Of a stretch of DNA of 58,513 nt, positions 8,638 to 18,209 are shown one piece after another. This stretch comes from a virus. Taxonomy: Duplodnaviria > Caudoviricetes. The notes below the pieces were generated by a model. That model was not told the origin of the DNA, did not search any database, and was given only the letters and a program-made list of their open reading frames with translations. Both the position numbers and the translations under genes were made by a program. Position 1 is the first letter of the stretch. Each line of letters opens with the position of its first letter. The stretch is from positions 1 through 58,513 of IMG/VR virus record IMGVR_UViG_3300000318_000081. One strand, written 5' to 3'.

Positions 8638-11600
8638 TTAATTATACATAAGCGCTATTTCCCATGCGCAAACTTGTCCTGAAGGGGGATTTGTTCCAGA
8701 TGCGAATGTTATGGTTACTAGAACCTGTGTGCTAGAATAAGTTGTTGTAGATATTTGGGTACTTGTAGAATTTGAGTACCTTCCAGTTCCTGTACTTGCT
8801 ATAAAGTTTGTGGTGGTGGCACCAGGCATATTTAAATAAAATGTATACGTTAATACATTACCGCTGGAAGTAAAATACCCAAAAGCAATTACTGTATAAT
8901 ATCCATTTACACACGTCCATTTACTCCCATTTATAGTGACCGAAGACACATATAAAACCCCTCCACCTCCACTTAAAGTTCCTGCCGAAAAACTAATAGA
9001 AGATGGTGTATATCCTAATGCATTTATTATTTGTGTAGAACTGATTCCAGTCAAATAACCCATCGAAGTCCACGGAGTTCCCGTAACAGCATCAGTTATT
9101 CCATAGCCTGAAACTGTGGTCGGATGGCTTGACAATTCGCTAAATGCATAACTAGGCTTACTAGAAGCCTTAGCCCACGCGTAAACATCAGATGCGGGCG
9201 CACTTCCTGCGGTATTGGCATAATTGACACTAAAGTTTGACGGGTTGTAGACGTACATATTTGTGCCGTCGCTTCCGCCCCATAGCCAAGATGGTTGCCC
9301 TCCTTGACCAGACCAATAGAAATTAATTAATGTTCCATCACTTCGATATGGGTATGCTCTTCCCGCTGTGTTTGCGTAATTTACACTTTGACTACCTATA
9401 TTTGATGTGTTTATAGCAGTAGAAGCTAGTTGGTAGTTGCTAGGCGTGAAGTTTCCATTTGACCATAGGTAGAATTCACTTCCATAGCCACCATTATAGC
9501 GACGAAAATAGATAGTTTCATCCCACATCCGTTGGTATATTTGCCATCCATAATTAGTATCTCCAGGATTTGAACCCATTGTTATTCCATTACAATAACC
9601 CATACTTTCGTTAGACCAGCTGTAAAAGGATTGGATTCCATATCCATTTCGGCTGTTTATACTCGCTACAGGATAAATAAAATTAGAGTAATTAGAACTA
9701 TTTGCATATCTAACTCCTAAGTCTGACGGTTCTGTCCAACCACTACCACTGTACGCTCCATTGTTATAAACTAATCGGGCATAATCAATAAAGTTAGTTC
9801 CTTCCCCCCGATGTGTTGCATATCCAGATAAGTCGGGTGTTCCCGAAATTTCACTGTAGGAATAACTAGGTTTACTTACTGCCTTTGCCCAAGAATATAC
9901 GTCACTTGCCGGCAACGATGTTGGAATAGTAGGAGTTCCGCTTATTTCACTGTATGCATAACTAGGCTTCACACTAGATTTCGCCCACGCGTAAACGTCG
10001 CTTGCCGGCAAGGTTGTTGGCATAAGTTGCCAAGTCTTGTCACCACGCCAATATTGGTTTGGGTATCCGGCTGCAATTATCGGTTCATAAGTTCCCGAAT
10101 GCACATGATCTCCATAAGCTGAAAGGTAATGAGTAGTTCCAAATCCTGGGAAAGTCACGGTTGAGGCCGGAGCAGCATTTACATCTGAATATGTAATTGA
10201 GATGGGCATACTACCATCATAGGTCTTAGAGTATCCAGAAGCACCATTAATGGTAAGCGAATACGGATTCTTTAAAGAACTTGGAAAATCACTTATTTGT
10301 GAAGAGGTTATTGAAATACCTGTTGATTTGTTCCAAGCTGTAAATGCCGGTTCTAATTCTGATTTTAAATATCCGGCAGTAGCATGATTACCCCAGCTGT
10401 AAGCAGTTTCAAGCTCTAATTTATACGCATTCGTAAATCGGTTTACATCGGTAACGGATTCGTAAGCTGCCGCTATTTGAGAAGCAGTCATAACCTGATT
10501 TAGTAAATCAGGATCAGAAATTTTGACGTAGGTTGCATTTGTACCTGTGGTTGTTGCTTTATATAAGGCCCATCTTCCGTCTCCGTCATCTAATACAAAT
10601 ACGTTTGTTGGAAGTGTTTCTACGTTGTAGGCATCCCGAACGGTAATATTTGCAACAGTGGTTTCTCTAAATGAGCTAACTATTAAGTCGTAGAGTTTCT
10701 TCAATGTATCACCACTGGTTGATACACCATTTTTTAAGTCGGTTAGAAGCAAAGCGGCTACCCCGGCTTTTTCAGGAGTGAACCCTAATGCGTTTTGCTT
10801 AGAATTGAACGTATCTATCTCAGCAAGAGTTATAAGTCTATCAGTGCCATTTTTATCTACCTTATTAGAAATATCCTCAATATCAGATAGCTGTGAATTG
10901 GTTACATAATTCTGGTCTTCAGTAAGGACAGAAGCAAATTTTAATTTGGATATTAAATATGCGGCAACTCCTTTATTTTCTTTTGTTGCAAGTTGTTGTG
11001 ATGTTACATAATTAGCAGCTACCTCTCTTATAAAATTGAAATCTTCAAATGATTGTAAACCGTCCGTTGTAGCTGTAGCAAGTTTCGGAATTGCATCAAG
11101 AATTTTCTTGTTAATTTGTGATTTAGAGTATATTGAATCTTGACGGGCATACGTTGTATCAATCTCGTTACCCAGTTTATCATTAGTGGCCGAAATAGAT
11201 GAATTTACACTTTTAGTTGCCAATTGACCTGCATATTCAGATTCAATCATTAAGCCTTTCGCATTAATGACTAAATTAAATGGGTCTGTGCTATCTATTG
11301 TTATGTTTTTCCCTTCAGCTATTGACTGTATTCCTATTTTAAAAGGAATCCAATCTTCTGAATCCATATCCCAATACGCGAAAGTTTTTATATCCTGAAT
11401 AAATGAAAACCATCCCAGTTCGCCTCCTTCTGGATAGAGAACATAAAGGTCATTTATAGAAATACATGGGTCTTTCAAGTACCGAAGTACCGGTATATTT
11501 TCAAAAAGATATTTTTTTTTAAATTGCGTTATTTCTTCGGATGGAGTTACTTTTATACTCCAAATAGTATACAGGCAGTTATTTATAAATGAGAATATTA

Positions 11601-12384
11601 AACCTTCTTGTTGAATTATCTTTCTTTGTCTACCTAAATAATCTGTATAGACAATCAAATTACAAGTAGTCGAAATACCTATTGGATTATTAATAGCATT
11701 GGAACAATCTACTATATATTCGCCATCCTTAAAGTCTATGTTCCATGTAACTATGGATAAAGTTTCAGTTATTAATATAATTTCCCATTCGCCATTTATC
11801 CATTTGTAAAATTTCTGTTCCTCTGAAACAAACGCAAACCAACCATCTTCCCCGTCCATGGGAAATTTAGTATACAAGTCACTCTTTACTGATACTGTTT
11901 TCTTTAAGGTCTTTGGTGGAACTGCATCTATACTTGGATCAAATGTACTAGGGTCTATTATTGCATCGGGGATGATTATAGGGCGTTTTATACATGGTAT
12001 TTCATAGGAAGGAATAACACTACTATCTATTACCGAATACACTTTTCCGTTTACTAGATAATAAGTATTTTGTCCGTTCTGGACTATTCTTTTTTGCTTA
12101 CCAGTATAATCAGTAAAAACAATCAGATTAAGTCCATCGGAGAGCTCCGAAGGTCTGTCTGTGCAAGATGAATCATCAATAATATAAATTCCATCTTCAA
12201 AAGCTTGTACCCATGAAGTGAGAACTAATGTTTCTGTGAATATAACCGCAACCCACTTATCATCTATCCACTCATAGAATTTATTTTCATCTGTAACAAA
12301 TGCAAACCATCCACTCTCTCCACCACTGATATAGTTAGCGTATAGAGCAGAAATATTTGTTACAGTTGGTCTTAATGAAATCAT
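8638..12384 (-). CDS. Tail fibre / receptor-binding protein
   Basis: S/T/G/Y-rich mosaic with fibre repeats (ASDVYAWAK..KPSY, VNYANTAG, LGYTP); ATG 12384 preferred over TTG 12408, which lies in a hairpin. Confidence 0.8.
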   Translation of the reverse strand: MISLRPTVTNISALYANYISGGESGWFAFVTDENKFYEWIDDKWVAVIFTETLVLTSWVQAFEDGIYIIDDSSCTDRPSELSDGLNLIVFTDYTGKQKRIVQNGQNTYYLVNGKVYSVIDSSVIPSYEIPCIKRPIIIPDAIIDPSTFDPSIDAVPPKTLKKTVSVKSDLYTKFPMDGEDGWFAFVSEEQKFYKWINGEWEIILITETLSIVTWNIDFKDGEYIVDCSNAINNPIGISTTCNLIVYTDYLGRQRKIIQQEGLIFSFINNCLYTIWSIKVTPSEEITQFKKKYLFENIPVLRYLKDPCISINDLYVLYPEGGELGWFSFIQDIKTFAYWDMDSEDWIPFKIGIQSIAEGKNITIDSTDPFNLVINAKGLMIESEYAGQLATKSVNSSISATNDKLGNEIDTTYARQDSIYSKSQINKKILDAIPKLATATTDGLQSFEDFNFIREVAANYVTSQQLATKENKGVAAYLISKLKFASVLTEDQNYVTNSQLSDIEDISNKVDKNGTDRLITLAEIDTFNSKQNALGFTPEKAGVAALLLTDLKNGVSTSGDTLKKLYDLIVSSFRETTVANITVRDAYNVETLPTNVFVLDDGDGRWALYKATTTGTNATYVKISDPDLLNQVMTASQIAAAYESVTDVNRFTNAYKLELETAYSWGNHATAGYLKSELEPAFTAWNKSTGISITSSQISDFPSSLKNPYSLTINGASGYSKTYDGSMPISITYSDVNAAPASTVTFPGFGTTHYLSAYGDHVHSGTYEPIIAAGYPNQYWRGDKTWQLMPTTLPASDVYAWAKSSVKPSYAYSEISGTPTIPTSLPASDVYSWAKAVSKPSYSYSEISGTPDLSGYATHRGEGTNFIDYARLVYNNGAYSGSGWTEPSDLGVRYANSSNYSNFIYPVASINSRNGYGIQSFYSWSNESMGYCNGITMGSNPGDTNYGWQIYQRMWDETIYFRRYNGGYGSEFYLWSNGNFTPSNYQLASTAINTSNIGSQSVNYANTAGRAYPYRSDGTLINFYWSGQGGQPSWLWGGSDGTNMYVYNPSNFSVNYANTAGSAPASDVYAWAKASSKPSYAFSELSSHPTTVSGYGITDAVTGTPWTSMGYLTGISSTQIINALGYTPSSISFSAGTLSGGGGVLYVSSVTINGSKWTCVNGYYTVIAFGYFTSSGNVLTYTFYLNMPGATTTNFIASTGTGRYSNSTSTQISTTTYSSTQVLVTITFASGTNPPSGQVCAWEIALMYN

Positions 12385-12399
12385 GGAGTAATTATTATA

Positions 12400-12421
12400 A
12401 GGGTACAAATTAATGTACCCT
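12400..12421. other. Hairpin with AATTAA loop, no U tract
   Basis: AGGGTACA-AATTAA-TGTACCCT perfect 8-bp stem. Confidence 0.6.
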
Positions 12422-12425
12422 CATG

Positions 12426-13127
12426 TTATTGTTTTACTGTTGCGTTTGTTCCTTTCAAAGAAATAAGTCCGGGGAGCATCGCTTCGGCTCTTGCTTCAAG
12501 TGCTGCTGCAATGGTTGGCTTTTCTAATATGGTAAAGACAGTTGCAGCCGATAAATAAGCCAAAGGAGCTATGATCTGATCGCTTATTCCTAAATCATAA
12601 TCATCGGATTTGTCTTTTAAGTCAGCTACAGTCGGAACATATATAGCTGTATCAATCAAATGTGCTGTAAGCCCTTTTTGAAGAGAATAATAGTATAATA
12701 CCGGAGTAATTACACCATCGACATCAACGTTGTCAATAACTACGGCCGGGCGCATGGTAGAACCTCTCGTCCATTCATTAGATTGCATATTTGCAACCCT
12801 CGAATTATTTAAAGCTGCTTCCATAGCTGCAACTTTCCATCCATTCATTTTGAATTTAGAAAGCAGATAGAAATCTGTTGGCAGTGCAACATATCCGGTC
12901 CCGTCAGTAAGATTAGGGACAGGTACACTTGCAGTGAAGCTTTTATTTCCGAGCCAAGTCCTTGGTGCGACTTTAGCTACCCGTCTCCATGCATCAACAT
13001 AAGAACCTTCGATTAGTCTATCAATTCCAACTGCATCGGCACCCACAAATGAGTTTCCTGCTGCATCGTAAAGACCGGGTTCATTCATTACTGACATTAC
13101 CCTACTTGTAAATTCTGACTTTATCAT
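12426..13127 (-). CDS. Putative head-tail adaptor / ring protein
   Basis: GYVALPTDF motif; position between capsid and fibre genes. Confidence 0.55.
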   Translation of the reverse strand: MIKSEFTSRVMSVMNEPGLYDAAGNSFVGADAVGIDRLIEGSYVDAWRRVAKVAPRTWLGNKSFTASVPVPNLTDGTGYVALPTDFYLLSKFKMNGWKVAAMEAALNNSRVANMQSNEWTRGSTMRPAVVIDNVDVDGVITPVLYYYSLQKGLTAHLIDTAIYVPTVADLKDKSDDYDLGISDQIIAPLAYLSAATVFTILEKPTIAAALEARAEAMLPGLISLKGTNATVKQ

Positions 13128-13137
13128 GGTTTATTAT

Positions 13138-13167
13138 AAAAAAGGCTGCCGGTATCAGCAGCCTTTT
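13138..13167 (-). terminator. Terminator after the capsid operon
   Basis: AAAAGGCTGC-N8-GCAGCCTTTT with U tract on the minus strand. Confidence 0.75.
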
Positions 13168-13170
13168 GGG

Positions 13171-13563
13171 TTATTTTAAATTTGGAAAACTGACTTTCAT
13201 TAATTCCGCTTGATCTTTTATCTGATCGGGCGTTTTGACTTTTGAATAGTGAATCCTGTAAGGTTCTTTCTTCAAAATATCGGCTGCATCCTGAAAATCC
13301 GTAATTTCAGGAAAGATTGCCGGATCAATTACGACGGCTGGAATAATGTTTTGCTTTGGTATTACCTTATTTTCAACTTTCGCGGTAGCGAACAAGATAA
13401 TATACTTAAGAGCAAACATTGTAGACCCTTCGATATAGTCTTGCAATTGTTTGTCCAAGGTATTGAATGTATTATCTTGATCGGTGAACTCACAGTACAC
13501 AATCTTTCCTCCCTTTAATGCAGGGAGGATTAATTGTGATTGTGCCTTATAAGTTTTTAGCAT
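13171..13563 (-). CDS. Hypothetical protein following the capsid gene
   Basis: 130-aa ORF. Confidence 0.7.
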   Translation of the reverse strand: MLKTYKAQSQLILPALKGGKIVYCEFTDQDNTFNTLDKQLQDYIEGSTMFALKYIILFATAKVENKVIPKQNIIPAVVIDPAIFPEITDFQDAADILKKEPYRIHYSKVKTPDQIKDQAELMKVSFPNLK

Positions 13564-13566
13564 GGG

Positions 13567-14952
13567 TTAGGCGGCTACTTGAGGGAATAACTCAACACGG
13601 ATATGAGCATTTGGATTCTGCAATACAAGTGCTGATTCTTCAGATATTGTACGAGCATCTACGTTTCTTTCACCCGATTTTCTCAAATCAAGATCAGTAG
13701 CTTTCAATTCTCCGATAGAATACTTACGTAAAAAGTCTGTATCTACGATCAAACCCGAATTAGTCATTTCATTTTCATCAAATGATTCATCGTGAATAAC
13801 CCATAGTGTACCGAAATTTGTGGTAATTTCTTTGAAGGTAAGACCGTATTTCACGAAGGTCGTTGCTGCATCTTTTTGATTAGTACCGTAATTGATTAAA
13901 GATAGATTTGTCATCAATCCTGATCCTACATAGAAAATCTTTTCTTTATTACCTGCATTACCGGTGAATGCTGCTTCTGTCAATTTTACTAATTCAGCGA
14001 AGGTAATTTGTGTTACTCCTTGAGAACCATAAGTAAAATCTTTACCAGCTTGCCAGTAGATACCACCAGTCATATAAACATCATTGCTATCATCATCCTG
14101 AACAATACCCATTGCACCAATCAAAAAGTTCTTATTCATTCCTCGTGTCATATCGAAGATGGCTTCTTGTTCTTGGTCATTAAATGTCCAATCAACTTGC
14201 TTATTGGCAATCTTTTCTAATGTAGATTGTTCAATCTGACATTTAAAGTTTTGTAGATATTGGATAGTAGGAGTTGGCAGGTTTGCAAATTTTCCTGTTT
14301 GAATATCAAACTCATTATGAGCGCGACCAGCACGTATAATGATAGAATTTGCAGGGAGCGAAGGCATTCCGATTACGTTACCAATTTTCTTTCCGTTTAC
14401 TGGCTTGATTACTAATTTTTTATCATTAGTTTTCGAAGTGATATAGCACATCAAGAATTGTTTAGTCTGAGTAACACCGTCTTTTTTATATCCGGGAACT
14501 CCAGGAAAGAAAATGGTTTCTTTTGCTGAAAAAATTGCATTGTTATTGGTATCAATAGTTGCATTAATATCAGCATTTCCTCCTGCGGCTTCTTCAGCAT
14601 AAGCCGTTTTCAAAGTAGTCTTTACTGGCAAAACATCGGTAGAGAAGTACTCTTGTACACGTGATGTAGCTGATTTTCGAGCGACAAACCGCGAAGTTGT
14701 GGCCAGTGGATTACCCATAGGTCGAATAACGACAACTTTCCTTTCAATGTCGTTAAGGTTTAAACCGGGTACTAACGACCGCGTAGCTTGATCTGAACTA
14801 ATCTCGTCAACCTGAACAAGACCAAGACCACCGTCTGGAGTTACTACATCGGCAGTCATGGCAGAAGCACCGCCTACGCCAAATAATGAACACATAAGCA
14901 ATACTAATATCATTAGTAATCCGCTGTCCTTAAAGCTAAATTTCTTTTTCAT
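13567..14952 (-). CDS. Major capsid protein with N-terminal signal/TM segment
   Basis: Follows the scaffold-like gene and precedes a terminator; QYLQNFK, YMTGGI, ITTNFGTLWVIHD, LVLQNPNAH resemble HK97-fold capsids; N-term MKKK + 20 hydrophobic residues + ASA. Confidence 0.78.
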   Translation of the reverse strand: MKKKFSFKDSGLLMILVLLMCSLFGVGGASAMTADVVTPDGGLGLVQVDEISSDQATRSLVPGLNLNDIERKVVVIRPMGNPLATTSRFVARKSATSRVQEYFSTDVLPVKTTLKTAYAEEAAGGNADINATIDTNNNAIFSAKETIFFPGVPGYKKDGVTQTKQFLMCYITSKTNDKKLVIKPVNGKKIGNVIGMPSLPANSIIIRAGRAHNEFDIQTGKFANLPTPTIQYLQNFKCQIEQSTLEKIANKQVDWTFNDQEQEAIFDMTRGMNKNFLIGAMGIVQDDDSNDVYMTGGIYWQAGKDFTYGSQGVTQITFAELVKLTEAAFTGNAGNKEKIFYVGSGLMTNLSLINYGTNQKDAATTFVKYGLTFKEITTNFGTLWVIHDESFDENEMTNSGLIVDTDFLRKYSIGELKATDLDLRKSGERNVDARTISEESALVLQNPNAHIRVELFPQVAA

Positions 14953-14975
14953 TGTTTTGTTTTTAAAATTATTAA

Positions 14976-15767
14976 TTATCGTTTACCGGGGAAGCCACTG
15001 AAGAAGTTGCCACCGTTTTGTACTTGTGTTTTTACTGGAATTACTTTCCCTGCACCGGTTCCGTTTCCGAGGTCTGGCATTGGTGCCTTAGAAATATTTT
15101 TCATCTTATTGTCGATAACTTGATTCTTTCCTTCAACTAAACCAGTATCGGCAGCATCTTGAATATCCTTATCATAAGTATTTCCTTTGTCGATCACCGC
15201 CCAGTTATCTTTTGAAATAATACCATTAAGCATATTGTCGGCAAGGTCGAATCCTTTGCCCCGGATGATTCCTTTTTCTGCATCCGTTTTATTATTATCG
15301 GTACAATATTTATCGAGTGCGGTCATTGACTTTTCAATGTTTTTTGAAGCCTGTTCCTGTAATTTTTGACTTTCAGCCATTTTAGCAAGGTTCTCTTGAT
15401 AGCCTTTTTCAAATTCTTCGGCTTCATCTCCTTCTAATCCTTGTCCATCTTTTCCAAATACCTTTCCATAGGCGTAAGGAATAGATTTTGGATCATCTCC
15501 GGCAAACATTGACAGGAACGCACCTGCTTTTGGGTCTTGGGATACTCGCGCAGCCAATCGAGAATTTGAGTCACGATGTTTTGTAAGCTCAGCATCTTTG
15601 GCCGAATATTGAGCATGGGCATCATCGAATAGTTGGTCATCGTTTGCAGGTGCATAATCAGGATTTTGAGCCTGCATTATTGCCATGAATGCAGCGCGAC
15701 CTTTTGGAGTTTGATTAGCTTCTTTCGCTGCTTCTGCTGTTGGTTCTTTTTCGTCTTTGGTAGCCAT
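14976..15767 (-). CDS. Putative capsid scaffolding protein
   Basis: Charged helical 263-aa protein immediately upstream of the capsid gene, P/G-rich C-tail. Confidence 0.65.
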   Translation of the reverse strand: MATKDEKEPTAEAAKEANQTPKGRAAFMAIMQAQNPDYAPANDDQLFDDAHAQYSAKDAELTKHRDSNSRLAARVSQDPKAGAFLSMFAGDDPKSIPYAYGKVFGKDGQGLEGDEAEEFEKGYQENLAKMAESQKLQEQASKNIEKSMTALDKYCTDNNKTDAEKGIIRGKGFDLADNMLNGIISKDNWAVIDKGNTYDKDIQDAADTGLVEGKNQVIDNKMKNISKAPMPDLGNGTGAGKVIPVKTQVQNGGNFFSGFPGKR

Positions 15768-15811
15768 AATATTTTAATTTGAGAATCAAATGTTTATTTT
15801 TAATCAAAGCA

Positions 15812-15856
15812 CAAAAAAACTCAATTAAAATAGGCTTGTTAGCACTTGACGCTAAA
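15812..15856 (-). promoter_or_regulatory. Putative late promoter 1 (scaffold/capsid)
   Basis: TTTAGCGTCAAG (15856-15845)-N22-GAGTTTTTTTG. Confidence 0.72.
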
Positions 15857-15863
15857 ACGATTA

Positions 15864-15925
15864 AAAATTGTGGAAAACTTTTTATTTAGAAAGAGTTCTA
15901 AATAGTTCAAGAACCTTTATCTTTG
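15864..15925 (+). promoter_or_regulatory. DnaA-box promoter copy B
   Basis: TGTGGAAAA 15869-15877; ATTTAGAA-agag-TTCTAAAT 15884-15903; TATCTTTG 15918-15925. Confidence 0.82.
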
Positions 15926-15947
15926 AAGAAAAAAACAGGAATAGTCT

Positions 15948-16385
15948 ATGAAATTGTTTTATCAAGAGGATCGAGATAATGACTTTTATAATGTTTGTGA
16001 ACGCATTAGGGGACAGAACCCCGGATACATATCGGTATCAGATATAGTAAAACAAGCAATCTACTGTGAAGCAGAATCCTTTTATCTTTCCGAATTAATA
16101 ATAGCAAGGATGATTGATAAAATAAAGAAAGGAGAAAAGCCGACTACTAAAAAGGAAGCAAAACAAGAGCTTTATAAGGAGATAGAAAAAAGATTTAGAG
16201 AATTGGATCAGTCTTTATCTTCAATTAAACAGGGTAAATTAATCGACCAACAGACAGCACCAAGGTTCTACATTTCAGAGACAAGAGCTACATGTTTATA
16301 TTATGACTTACTAAAATCAAAACGCAAAGAAAATGCAATACGCAATCGTGCTCGTGTTCTTAATAGTTTTTTCCGTCTTCAATAA
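15948..16385 (+). CDS. Hypothetical protein with an internal duplication, possible DNA-binding regulator
   Basis: Two related motifs EAESFYLSE and TAPRFYISE; basic and helical. Confidence 0.6.
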   Translation: MKLFYQEDRDNDFYNVCERIRGQNPGYISVSDIVKQAIYCEAESFYLSELIIARMIDKIKKGEKPTTKKEAKQELYKEIEKRFRELDQSLSSIKQGKLIDQQTAPRFYISETRATCLYYDLLKSKRKENAIRNRARVLNSFFRLQ

Positions 16386-16914
16386 CGGAGGCTATACAGA
16401 CTCTTCAGCTTTTTACACTCATTTCACGTACATGTTCCAACATCAAAACATTGTACATCTAATTTTGAACTCATTGTCTTTTATCGGAATGTTCCGGTTA
16501 ATGAAAAGGTTCATCAACAAATACACTTTACTATTTACAATCATTCTTATAGGCTTCTTTGCATCGTTCTTGTCAGAGTATGAATTACCTACCGTCGGGG
16601 CTTCTTCAATGATCTACGCTTTAATAGGCCTATTCTTCGGGATGGTTACTTTTGGAAAGTTGAAAGTAACTGACAAAAGACAGTTTTTAATTTTTATCGG
16701 GACTATAACGGCATCATTTTTAATAAGCCTTTTGAAACATAACAGTAATACCTTGGTTCACTTCTATTCTTTATTGATGGGGATTATGTGTTTTTGGGTA
16801 GGTAAAATAAATCTTCGGAAATTATTTAAAAGAGATGATGACATAAAGTTGATTCTTGTGAAATATGAACAAAAACTATTTATAAAATATGAAAAAACTA
16901 ACAACGGGGGATAA
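16333..16914 (+). CDS. Rhomboid-family intramembrane serine protease (minimal)
   Basis: FTYMFQHQNIVHLILN, TVGASSMIY (catalytic Ser), LVHFYSLLMG (catalytic His), multiple TM helices. Confidence 0.85.
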   Translation: MQYAIVLVFLIVFSVFNNGGYTDSSAFYTHFTYMFQHQNIVHLILNSLSFIGMFRLMKRFINKYTLLFTIILIGFFASFLSEYELPTVGASSMIYALIGLFFGMVTFGKLKVTDKRQFLIFIGTITASFLISLLKHNSNTLVHFYSLLMGIMCFWVGKINLRKLFKRDDDIKLILVKYEQKLFIKYEKTNNGG

Positions 16915-17086
16915 TATTGTATCCTCTCAATTTCCGGAATCTATTCAAAAAAAGTATCCATTTATGGACTTTGCAACTTTTGAAGAGTATTATCAAAATA
17001 AAGCGGTATTCCGTTTCGATATACCAGAGTCAGAAAGACTGACATTCAACGGGTCCCGCGTTGGGAGATTTATAACAGAGTTATGA
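16889..17086 (+). CDS. Hypothetical protein
   Basis: 65 aa, overlaps neighbouring ORFs in an operon. Confidence 0.5.
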   Translation: MKKLTTGDNIVSSQFPESIQKKYPFMDFATFEEYYQNKAVFRFDIPESERLTFNGSRVGRFITEL

Positions 17087-17322
17087 AAGAAGTAACACCC
17101 CAAATAATACAATTAGATAATTCTGAAAGAGAAACTATCAAAATGTTAGAACTTCAATTAAAAATGATGTATGACATAACCGGAATTCCAAAAGAACTAT
17201 TTGGAAGCCCAGCTGAGAGTTTCAATTGTAGTATACGAAACGAACGTTACATTAAATTATTTGAACAAAATAACTCTTTAAAAAAACCTCTCACTGTACA
17301 GGCAAGTGACATTAAATTATGA
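17083..17322 (+). CDS. Hypothetical protein
   Basis: 79 aa, 4-nt overlaps with neighbours. Confidence 0.6.
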   Translation: MKEVTPQIIQLDNSERETIKMLELQLKMMYDITGIPKELFGSPAESFNCSIRNERYIKLFEQNNSLKKPLTVQASDIKL

Positions 17323-17672
17323 AAAAGTTTTTAAAATGTTTCTGGGTTTGTATTTTAGAATTAGGATTGACTATATGCATGGTCATATGTACAATTAATT
17401 CAAGTGGCCGCTGCGAAGCAATAGCTTCTTTTGTTGCTGGCATGGCCTTTATCCAATTTGTAGAACACCTTATTTATGGAATTCGAGATTATTATTACGA
17501 TAATATTGAAGAAGATGATGACGAAGCGAAAACAATAAGTATAAATGTTGAATCTCCATATATTAGAACGTGGTGTATTGAACAAGCATTAAAATCTTCA
17601 CAAGTAGGATGTGTAGTTGAAATAGCTAAGGGAATTGAGAATTATGTAACAAATGCAGATAAAAGTGAATAA
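17319..17672 (+). CDS. Hypothetical membrane protein
   Basis: Two N-terminal hydrophobic helices and an acidic linker. Confidence 0.6.
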   Translation: MKKFLKCFWVCILELGLTICMVICTINSSGRCEAIASFVAGMAFIQFVEHLIYGIRDYYYDNIEEDDDEAKTISINVESPYIRTWCIEQALKSSQVGCVVEIAKGIENYVTNADKSE

Positions 17673-17676
17673 AAGC

Positions 17677-18135
17677 ATGAAAAGATATTTAGGAGTAAAG
17701 ATTATTGGAGCAATTCCAATGACAAGATTAGAATACAATGTTTTTCGTGGGTGGAAGTTGTCGGAAGATGAAAACGGAGCCGATGAGGGGTTTTTAGTGG
17801 AGTATGAACCTAACGGTAATCCGAATACAAAAGAGTATAAAGGTTATGTGTCTTGGTCTCCCTATGGCGTATTCCATGAAGCATATCGAGAAACTACCGG
17901 TTTGAATTTCGGACTTGCAATTGAAGCATTGAAAAAAGGTTACAAAGTGGCTCGTACTGGTTGGAATGGAAAAGGTATGTGGCTTAAATACATGAATGGA
18001 AAAAATGGTGAATTACCGCGTGGTTCAAAATATTTACTCCCTTTTATTGGCATGAAAACATCTGATGATGGATTTGTTCCATGGCTTGCAAGTCAAACGG
18101 ATATTCTCGCTGAGGATTGGGAAATTGTAGGATAA
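17677..18135 (+). CDS. tad2: Tad2/DUF2829 anti-defence sponge fused to an N-terminal SWSP domain
   Basis: LNFGLAIEALKKGYKVARTGWNGKGMWL...PWLASQTDILAEDW; N-domain YLGVK..AIPM...GFLVEY...GYVSWSP..VF..AY. Confidence 0.82.
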   Translation: MKRYLGVKIIGAIPMTRLEYNVFRGWKLSEDENGADEGFLVEYEPNGNPNTKEYKGYVSWSPYGVFHEAYRETTGLNFGLAIEALKKGYKVARTGWNGKGMWLKYMNGKNGELPRGSKYLLPFIGMKTSDDGFVPWLASQTDILAEDWEIVG

Positions 18136-18209
18136 ATACAGATAAAAATGAATAGAATTTATATGTCGATGGGTAAAACAGATGGGTAAACCAACACGAG
18201 TATAAAATC

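Noticed and set aside
9224-9234. TTGACACTAAA resembling the late 12-mer
   Set aside because: Inside the fibre coding sequence, lacks the terminal C, and has no TTTG element at the 22-nt spacing
8638-12384. Diversity-generating retroelement or shufflon acting on the fibre
   Set aside because: No reverse transcriptase, invertase or adenine-specific TR/VR pair seen in the window; one could lie outside it
12406-12416. TTAATTTG in the hairpin as a fifth late promoter
   Set aside because: No TTTAGYGTCAAG 22 nt upstream
15884-15903. Firm Fur-box call
   Set aside because: Spacer is 4 nt in all three copies, unlike the 19-bp Fur-type box; kept only as an unassigned operator
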